Of a stretch of 64,000 nucleotides of DNA, positions 55,215 through 62,259 are shown piece by piece. Both the position numbers and the translations under genes were made by a program. Source of the DNA: an uncultured bacterium (lineage in GTDB: Bacteria; Verrucomicrobiota; Lentisphaeria; Victivallales; UBA1829). The stretch is from assembly GCA_902802585.1 (NCBI GenBank), contig CADCMR010000005.1:23022-87021 (forward strand), written 5' to 3'. The stretch's first letter is position 1; each line of letters begins with the position of its first letter. The notes under the pieces were generated by a model that was not told the DNA's origin, did no database searches, and saw nothing but the letters and a program-made list of their open reading frames with translations.

Positions 55215-57707
55215 TCACTCGGCGACGATGCCGTCGACCTTCTTGATCTTGAGGCGGTTCACGGCATCCTCGCGCATCTTGTATTTGAGGATTTTGCCGG
55301 CGGCGTTCATGGGGAACTCCTTCACGAAGTCGACGTAACGCGGGACCTTGTACTTCGCCATGTGGGAGCGCACGAAGTCCTTCATTTCCTCCTCGGTCAT
55401 GGTCTCGCCTTCCTTCAGGATCACGCACGCCACGATCTCCTCGCCGTACTGCTCGTCCGGGATGCCGATCACCTGCACGTCGGAGACTTTCGGGTGCGTG
55501 TAGATGAATTCCTCGATCTCCTTCGGGTAGATGTTCTCGCCGCCGCGGATGATCATGTCCTTCAGGCGGCCGGTGATGCGGTAGTTGCCCTCGGGTGTGC
55601 GGAGCGCGAGGTCGCCGGTGTGGAGCCAGCCGTCGGCGTCGATGGCTGCGGCGGTCTCAAGCGGCATCTTGTAGTAGCCCTTCATGATGTTGTAGCCGCG
55701 AGCGAGGAATTCGCCGGGGACGTTGTCCGGGAGGTCTTTTCCGGTCGCGGGGTCCACGATGCGGCATTCGATTTCCGGCATGGCGCAGCCGACGGTCTCC
55801 ACGCGGACTTCGAGCGGGTCGTTGGTGCGGCTCATGGTGCAGCCGGGGGACGCCTCGGTCTGACCGTACACGATTACGATCTCGGTCATGTTCATCTTGT
55901 TCACGACGTCCTGCATGACCGCCACGGGGCAGGGCGAACCCGCCATGATCCCGGTGCGCATGTAGGAGAAATCGGTCTTCGGGAAATCCGCGTGCTCCAG
56001 CATGGCGATGAACATGGTGGGCACGCCGTGGAACGCGGTGATCTTCTCCTGGTTGATGCAGGCGAGGGCGGATTTCGGGGAGAAATAAGGCAGGGGGCAG
56101 AGGGTGGTGCCGTGCGTCATGGACGCGGTCATCGCCAGGACCATGCCGAAGCAGTGGAACATGGGGACCTGGACCATCATGCGGTCGGCGGTGGAGAGGT
56201 CCATGCTGTCGCCGATGCACTTGCCGTTGTTCACGACGTTGTAGTGGGTGAGCATGACGCCCTTCGGGAAACCGGTGGTGCCGGAGGTGTACTGCATGTT
56301 GCAGACGTCGTGGATGTCCACGGCGTCTGCGCGGCGGCGAAGCTCCTCCATCGGCACCTTGTGGGCATATTCCAGGGCTTCCTCCCAGGTCAGGCTGCCG
56401 GGCTGGCGGAATCCGACCGAGATGATGTTGCGGAGGAAGGGCAGGCGCTTTGCGTGGAGCGGTTCGCCCGCCTTTGTTTGCGCGAGCTCGGGGCAGAGCT
56501 CGTTCATGATGCCCGCATAGTCGGAATCGCGGTAGCCCTCGATCATCACGAGCGTGTGGGTGTCGGACTGGCGGAGCAGGTATTCCGCCTCCTGGATCTT
56601 GTACGCGGTGTTTACCGTGACGAGCGCGGCGCCGATCTTCGTGGTCGCCCAGAACGTGATGTACCACTGCGGCACGTTCGTCGCCCAGATGGCGACCTTT
56701 GCGCCGGGCTTCACGCCGAGCGCGATCAGCGCGCGGGCGAAGGTGTCCACGTCGTCGCGGAACTCGGAGTAGGTGCGCGTGTAGTCGAGCGTGGTGTACT
56801 TGAACGCGTACTGGTCGGGGAATTCGCGGACCATGGCGTCGAGCACCTGGGAGAACGTCTTTTCGATCAGGACGTCCTTCTTCCAGATGAACTTGCCGGT
56901 ATGGCGGTTGTTTTCGTAGAGGGTCGCCTTGGCGCGCGCCAGCTCGAACCGGCTCATGTAGCTTACGAACTGCGCGAAGATCACGTCGGGCGAGCTGATC
57001 TCCGCCTCCCACTTCGGGTCCCATTCGATGGAGATAAACCCGTCGTAGTTCACGGAGCGGAGGGCGTTCATCACGCGGTCGAGCGGGAGCGAGCCTTCGC
57101 CGACGATCGCGTGGACCTCGGCGCTCTCGGAGTCCTTCAGATGGACGTGCTTGATGTATGCGCCCAGGTTCTTGACCGTGGTCTCGGGCGTCTCGCCGCA
57201 GACGCGGTAGGGATAATGCAGGTCCCACAGCGCGGCGAGGTTGTCCGTCATGAAGCTCGCGAGCAGGTCGCCGAGCTTCAGCGTGTCGGCGTAGCAGCCG
57301 ACCGTCTCCACGAGCAGGACCACGCGGGACTGTTCGGCGAGCGGGAGGGCGCGGCCGATGAATTCACGGGCGGCGGCATCGTCGTCGTCGGTGTTTCCGC
57401 CTGCTTTCAGGCGGATGTAGGGCACATGCAGGCGGCGCGCGGTCTCCAGGCAGCGTTTAAGCTCGTCGAACGCGGCTTCCGGCTTCGCGGCGATGTCGTT
57501 CACGAGGTCGAGGCAGGAGATGCACAGGCCGTAGTTGCGGATTTTATGCTGGACGCCCGCGAGGCGTTCCGGCTGGAAATCGTTCCGGAGCTTCGGCGTG
57601 TCGATGCTGTGGATCTCGATCCCGTTGAACTTGTATTCCCGGGCGATCCGGACAAAATCGTCGAAGCTGTAGGATTCCCAACGATTGGTCGAGAACGACA
57701 GTTTCAT
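55215..57707 (-). CDS. fusion protein: xylose-isomerase-like TIM barrel (sugar phosphate isomerase/epimerase, AP_endonuc_2) plus AMP-forming acyl-CoA synthetase
   Basis: The ATG at 57707 overlaps the upstream stop (ATGA). The N-terminal ~260 aa read MKLSFSTNRW...GIEIH...YIRLKAGG...HLKD...ISIEWD. The C-terminal part has YTSGTTGFPKGVMLTH, YGQTEASP, GWLHTGDLA, GRLKDMIIRGGENIYP and AGKILK. Confidence 0.85.
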   Translation of the reverse strand: MKLSFSTNRWESYSFDDFVRIAREYKFNGIEIHSIDTPKLRNDFQPERLAGVQHKIRNYGLCISCLDLVNDIAAKPEAAFDELKRCLETARRLHVPYIRLKAGGNTDDDDAAAREFIGRALPLAEQSRVVLLVETVGCYADTLKLGDLLASFMTDNLAALWDLHYPYRVCGETPETTVKNLGAYIKHVHLKDSESAEVHAIVGEGSLPLDRVMNALRSVNYDGFISIEWDPKWEAEISSPDVIFAQFVSYMSRFELARAKATLYENNRHTGKFIWKKDVLIEKTFSQVLDAMVREFPDQYAFKYTTLDYTRTYSEFRDDVDTFARALIALGVKPGAKVAIWATNVPQWYITFWATTKIGAALVTVNTAYKIQEAEYLLRQSDTHTLVMIEGYRDSDYAGIMNELCPELAQTKAGEPLHAKRLPFLRNIISVGFRQPGSLTWEEALEYAHKVPMEELRRRADAVDIHDVCNMQYTSGTTGFPKGVMLTHYNVVNNGKCIGDSMDLSTADRMMVQVPMFHCFGMVLAMTASMTHGTTLCPLPYFSPKSALACINQEKITAFHGVPTMFIAMLEHADFPKTDFSYMRTGIMAGSPCPVAVMQDVVNKMNMTEIVIVYGQTEASPGCTMSRTNDPLEVRVETVGCAMPEIECRIVDPATGKDLPDNVPGEFLARGYNIMKGYYKMPLETAAAIDADGWLHTGDLALRTPEGNYRITGRLKDMIIRGGENIYPKEIEEFIYTHPKVSDVQVIGIPDEQYGEEIVACVILKEGETMTEEEMKDFVRSHMAKYKVPRYVDFVKEFPMNAAGKILKYKMREDAVNRLKIKKVDGIVAE

Positions 57708-59122
57708 TTGACACCTGCCTCGAAACAGATCTTGTTCACGGCGTCTATGTACGCACGGATGCCCGCGCCGACCACGTCGGTGGAGACGCCCTTGCCCGCG
57801 TACACCTTGTTCTCGTAGCGGAGCTTCACGATGGTCGTGCCCATAGCGGACGCGCCGCCGGTCACGGACTGGATCTGGAAGTCGTCGAGCTCGAAGTGGT
57901 GCTCGAGAATTTCCTCGATGGCGAGGAACGCGGCGTCGATCGGACCGTCGCCCGTGCCGTAGCCCTTCACCTCGGCGCCGTCGCGTTCGAGGATGACATG
58001 GGCGTAGGACGTGATTTCGTTGCCGGAGGTGATGACGAAGGATTTGAGGCGGTAGGTGGGCGGCACCTGGAGGGAGACCGTGGCGATGATGGCTTCCAGT
58101 TCCTTCGGACCGACCGCCTCCGTCTTCTTCTGCACAATGCGCTGGACGGAATCGTAGACGGAATCCAGCGCGAAATCGTCGAGGTCGTAGCCCATTTGGC
58201 GGACGGCTTCGGCGACGGCGTCGCGGGAATCGGACTTGGAGAGGCTGAAATTGAGCTCGCCGGCGGCAGGCTGATCGAAGCATTCGTCCTGTTCGGCGCG
58301 ACCGCTCAGGATTTGGCGGATCTGCTCGTAGGACTTTTCCAGTACGGTCATGTTGATGCCGCAGGACACGCCGAGGGCGTCGCCTTTCGCGCGGAAGACG
58401 TGCGCGATGCTGCGGAGGCTGGGTTCGTTCACGCCCGCGCAGGTGGTTTTGACCTGGGCGAATCCGGTGTCCACGCTGGCGAAGATGCACGCCGCCGCCA
58501 TGTGCAGGGCGTTGGAATACGCGAAGGAAAGCTTCACGTTTTTGAGCTCGGGCACGGCTTCGCTCAGCGAGGCGACGAACTTGTTGAATTCGTCGGGAAG
58601 CATGACGCCCGCGGTGTCGCAGACGGTGATGACGCCCGCACCGGATTCGATGCCGGCGCGGATGACCTGCGCCAGGAAGTCGGCTTCGGCGCGTGTGGCG
58701 TCCTGCAGCGAGAGCTCGACGTCCTCGCAGAGTTCGCGGCAGGCTTTCACCTGGGCGCGGATCATGTCGAGCACGACCGGCGGCTTCTTGTGGAACTGGT
58801 ACTCCATCTGCACCGTGGAAACGGGCGCGACCACGTTCAGGCGCGGGTGTTTCGCGGTGCGAAGCGCCTCCCAGGTATCCGGAAGAAGTTCCGGATCAAG
58901 GCCGACCGGGCAGGCAAGAACGCAGCGCGTCATAAGGGGAGCAAGCGTGTGAAGGAAAACAATGTCATTTTTCCCGTTCACGACCGGAGCCGTTTCAATG
59001 GCATCCACGTTCAGCTTGTCAAGCTGACGCGCCACCTCGATCTTTTCCTTAAAACTCAAGGAACTGCCATTGCACGCGGCTTGTTCGCGCAACGACACAT
59101 CGACGATTTCTATCTTTCTCAT
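57704..59122 (-). CDS. 2-isopropylmalate/citramalate synthase-like protein (HMGL-like TIM barrel plus LeuA_dimer domain) with degenerate active-site motifs
   Basis: Colinear with LeuA. The N-terminal DVSLREQAA stands in for DTTLRDGEQ, QDATR for EDAGR, and DTAG is retained. SFAYSNALHMAAA stands in for SVHTHDDLGLAVGN. The C-terminal GDGPIDAAFLAI...VSTDVVGAGIRAYIDAVN is conserved. Confidence 0.8.
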   Translation of the reverse strand: MRKIEIVDVSLREQAACNGSSLSFKEKIEVARQLDKLNVDAIETAPVVNGKNDIVFLHTLAPLMTRCVLACPVGLDPELLPDTWEALRTAKHPRLNVVAPVSTVQMEYQFHKKPPVVLDMIRAQVKACRELCEDVELSLQDATRAEADFLAQVIRAGIESGAGVITVCDTAGVMLPDEFNKFVASLSEAVPELKNVKLSFAYSNALHMAAACIFASVDTGFAQVKTTCAGVNEPSLRSIAHVFRAKGDALGVSCGINMTVLEKSYEQIRQILSGRAEQDECFDQPAAGELNFSLSKSDSRDAVAEAVRQMGYDLDDFALDSVYDSVQRIVQKKTEAVGPKELEAIIATVSLQVPPTYRLKSFVITSGNEITSYAHVILERDGAEVKGYGTGDGPIDAAFLAIEEILEHHFELDDFQIQSVTGGASAMGTTIVKLRYENKVYAGKGVSTDVVGAGIRAYIDAVNKICFEAGVK

Positions 59123-59201
59123 GGGCGTCTCCTTACGACGTTCGCCGCCCCTGTCCCGGCACCGCGCCGGACCATCGCGGCGGAAATGATTATAAACAAT
59201 T

Positions 59202-59230
59202 AATATACCACATCCTTATTGAAAATTCAA
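59202..59230 (-). promoter_or_regulatory. sigma70-like promoter (TTGAAT-N17-TATATT on minus strand) for the IPMS-like operon
   Basis: The hexamers were read on the reverse complement, about 75 nt upstream of the ATG at 59122. Confidence 0.5.
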
Positions 59231-59482
59231 GGCGAAACATGACCTCCGGTCTCATCTTTTTCCGTTTTGGACGACTGAAAAAGCTGAGGCAATTTTCAAC
59301 CGGTCCGGCACGGCATGTTTCCCCGGATTCAATTGTTTTTTCCCCTGCCGTCGGCTGTTCCCGCGACAGATCCGGAAACGCGAACCGGAATAATCTTTTT
59401 TGTCAGGGAAGAACCGAAGGCAAATAAGCTGTAGACAGCCACATCCGCGGCCCGTCCGGTGCTTTGCGGCTGTTTGGTTTCC

Positions 59483-60994
59483 TCAGCGGAGGAAGGACCC
59501 GTATCCGGCGAGTCCGGCGAGGATGCCTGAGACGATCTTGTTCTGATAGTCCGGCGAAGCGATTTTCTTGACCTCGGCGGCGTTGGAGAGGTAGCCGACT
59601 TCGACGAGGACTGCCGGGCAGGTCGCGTTTCCGATCACGTAGATCGCCTGGTGGCGTGTGCCGCGGTCGGTTCCGCCGGTCGCCGTGAGCATGCCCTTGT
59701 GGATTTCGTATGCCAGGCGCGAGCTGTTGGCGTCGAACTCGTTCGCGGACTGTTTTTCGATCTTGACCTTGGAGCCTTTCGTCTCGGTGCCGCCGACTGG
59801 GACAGCTCGGTAGGTCTCAATTCCGGCGGGGGTCTTGTTCGTGGAGGAATTGCAATGGATGGAGAGGTAGAGGTCGGGCTTGTACTTCTTGCAGAGCGCG
59901 GCGCGTTCCTGAAGCGTGGGATAGGTGTCCCCGGTGCGCGTCATGATCACGCGGAACCCGAGTTTTTCGAGCTGAGCCTGAAGGCGTTTCGCGATCTGGA
60001 GCGTGTAGACCTTCTCCTTGTGCGCGCCGTTGATCGCGCCGGGGTCGGTGCCGCCGTGTCCGGCGTCGATCATGATGGTCTTCATGCCGAGCTTGACGGG
60101 CGTCTTGTAGCGCAGGAGCGGGTCGAGGCAGGTCAGGAAATCGACCTCGGAGATGTACGGCTCGTTGTTCTTGAGGATCATCGGGTAGAGGAAATAGACC
60201 TGGACGCCGTTGACCGTGCCGTCGCGGTGCGCGGTGGAGAAGACCGCTTTGCGCGTCTTGTCGTAGATGGTCGCGCCGGAGACCTTGTTTGCGCTTTTCG
60301 TGTAGGCGAACGTGAGTCCGTAGTTGACGGCGACGTCCCGCAGGTGCACGTAACGGACCTTGTTCTGTGTGATTTTGCGGAGCTTCATGGTCGCGACGTC
60401 CTTGTCTTTCGGCGAGGTCGTCGCGGGCGCCGATGCCGCCGCGGCTGCTTTTTTCTTCGCGTCGGCTGCCTTTTGCGTCGCGACCGCCTTTTCGATCGCC
60501 TTCGCGCGTTCGATCGCCAGCTGGCGCTGCCGCTGAAGCTCCTCCGGGGAGAGGGTCTTTGCAGAGACGGGGTCTTCCTTCGCGGGCGGCGGGATGGATG
60601 CCGCGGGACCGGCGGCTTTCTGTGCGGCGGCTTTCTGTGCGGCAGCCTTTATGTCCTCCTCGACTTTCGCTTTTGCGGCGGCCGCGGCGGCTTCCTGCTG
60701 ACGACGGACGAGGTCAGCCTTGTACTGCTCCAGCGCGGCGCGTTCCGCGGCAAGCGCGGCGCGCATCCGTTCGAGGCGGGCGCGTTCGGCGGCGATCTCC
60801 TCGGCGGTCGGGAGCTTTGTTGCTGCCCCGGATGATGCATTCTGAACCGCGGTCTGCGCAGTGTTCTGCGCAGCCGTCTTGATTTTGACATCGGCGTCGG
60901 AAAGCGGGACGTCCGTGACGGTCTGCGCCATGACGGAAACGGATGCGAGAAGGGCGCAGGCGGCGAGGAAAGACGGGAGCAGGTATTTCGGCAT
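59483..60994 (-). CDS. N-acetylmuramoyl-L-alanine amidase (Amidase_3, AmiC-like) with long Ala/Lys/Gln-rich N-terminal region
   Basis: Signal peptide. IMIDAGHGGTDPGA, LSIHCNSS and VEVGYLSN motifs. Low-complexity coiled-coil-like N-terminal half. Confidence 0.88.
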   Translation of the reverse strand: MPKYLLPSFLAACALLASVSVMAQTVTDVPLSDADVKIKTAAQNTAQTAVQNASSGAATKLPTAEEIAAERARLERMRAALAAERAALEQYKADLVRRQQEAAAAAAKAKVEEDIKAAAQKAAAQKAAGPAASIPPPAKEDPVSAKTLSPEELQRQRQLAIERAKAIEKAVATQKAADAKKKAAAAASAPATTSPKDKDVATMKLRKITQNKVRYVHLRDVAVNYGLTFAYTKSANKVSGATIYDKTRKAVFSTAHRDGTVNGVQVYFLYPMILKNNEPYISEVDFLTCLDPLLRYKTPVKLGMKTIMIDAGHGGTDPGAINGAHKEKVYTLQIAKRLQAQLEKLGFRVIMTRTGDTYPTLQERAALCKKYKPDLYLSIHCNSSTNKTPAGIETYRAVPVGGTETKGSKVKIEKQSANEFDANSSRLAYEIHKGMLTATGGTDRGTRHQAIYVIGNATCPAVLVEVGYLSNAAEVKKIASPDYQNKIVSGILAGLAGYGSFLR

Positions 60995-60996
60995 GG

Positions 60997-62259
60997 TTAT
61001 TCTTCCTTTTTCGCGGCGGACGAGGACGAAGTGTTCGTTGTTGCGGACGAGTTTGCTGCGGACGAGTTTGTTGCGGACGAAGTGCGCTGGGCGGCGGTTT
61101 TCAAAGTCTTGACAGGCGGCTGCGCCAGAAGCTCCAGCAGCCCGTTTTTCAGCAGGAAAACGTGTCCGTTTGCGGTGCGTTTTTCGTATTCGGCGCGGGC
61201 GGCAAGCTGTTTCTTGCGACGCTCGAATGCGTCATCGGGTTCGCCGATGAGACGATGCACGTTTTCGGGATCGAACGAGACGGTCAGGCGTCCGGCGTAG
61301 ACGTCGGCATCGGCGTCCCCGGCAGCGCCCTCGACCTCGACTTTTGCGAACTCCAGCAGATACGCGAATCCGTCGCCCATGACCGTCTGGAACGCATCGT
61401 TGAACTGCAGTTCCTTCGGCGGGTTGTTCACGAGATCGACGGAGAACGGCGCGGCGAGCGCGGCGTATTTCTGCGAGAACGCCTCCAGGTCAAACTCGCC
61501 CGAAGGGACGAGCAACTGGAATTTGTCCTTCGCCGTGTTCACGAACCAAACGACCGTGGGAGTCTCCGAGCCGGGACGCTTTCGCTGGAACCGGGCGTAC
61601 ACCGGGTTTTCCGGCTTGGAGAGGAACAGCGGTTCGATCCACTGGCGCGGATTCGGCACGCACTTCTCGAAGACGCGCGAAATGAGGAAGACGCGGCTGG
61701 TTTTGTCAGGGTACCAGACGCGGATGTAACGGCCGTCGTAGCCCTGCACGGCGAGGTTGCCGATGCGGTCGGCGGCGAGACGTGTGTGGCCGCGTCCGAG
61801 CATGATGCGGAGCAGTTCCGCGCCGTTTCCGTCGCGCAGGACGGCGAGGATGCCCTCGGAGTTTTTCAGTGTGGGTTTCGCTCCGGGCGCGGCGATCTCC
61901 TCCTTCGAGACCAGGTTCAGGTCGCCGAGGTCGTCCATGCCGGAGATTTCCAGCTCCTTGAGAGGCGCGGCTTTCGCAAGACCCTCCAGCAGGTCGGCTA
62001 CCTGCGCGGAAGCCGCCTGCGCTCCGGCGCGTTCCTTCACAGCCCAGTATCCGCCGTCCTGAACGAAGTCCAGCGTGCTTTTCTGCGTGCGCCAGGAGAT
62101 TTCGAGGGAGCGGACGTCCTCCGGGCGGAATTCCGGCAGGGCGAGGCGCGCGGAGGTCGTGGCCGAGGCGGATTCACGGCGGAGACGCAGTTCGGACACC
62201 ACGGCGAGCGCCGTGACGGCCGCGAGGAAAATGAAGATGAGGGCTCTGCGCTTTTTCAT
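60997..62259 (-). CDS. DUF4340 domain protein (accessory component of GldG-type ABC system)
   Basis: The ATG at 62259 overlaps the upstream stop (ATGA). It has an N-terminal TM anchor. The position after a GldG-like gene is typical for DUF4340. Ser/Thr/Ala/Asn-rich tail. Confidence 0.7.
   Translation of the reverse strand: MKKRRALIFIFLAAVTALAVVSELRLRRESASATTSARLALPEFRPEDVRSLEISWRTQKSTLDFVQDGGYWAVKERAGAQAASAQVADLLEGLAKAAPLKELEISGMDDLGDLNLVSKEEIAAPGAKPTLKNSEGILAVLRDGNGAELLRIMLGRGHTRLAADRIGNLAVQGYDGRYIRVWYPDKTSRVFLISRVFEKCVPNPRQWIEPLFLSKPENPVYARFQRKRPGSETPTVVWFVNTAKDKFQLLVPSGEFDLEAFSQKYAALAAPFSVDLVNNPPKELQFNDAFQTVMGDGFAYLLEFAKVEVEGAAGDADADVYAGRLTVSFDPENVHRLIGEPDDAFERRKKQLAARAEYEKRTANGHVFLLKNGLLELLAQPPVKTLKTAAQRTSSATNSSAANSSATTNTSSSSAAKKEE
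61036..61080. repeat. three tandem copies of a 15-bp coding repeat
   Basis: GTTTGYTGCGGACGA occurs three times and encodes the S/A/T/N-rich C-terminal tail of the DUF4340 protein. Confidence 0.8.

Noticed and set aside
59239-59427. A 62-aa ORF in the spacer between the amidase and the IPMS-like operon.
   Set aside because: It has no ribosome-binding site and an odd composition, and it lies in a region better explained as terminator/promoter spacer. I could not support an ncRNA call either.
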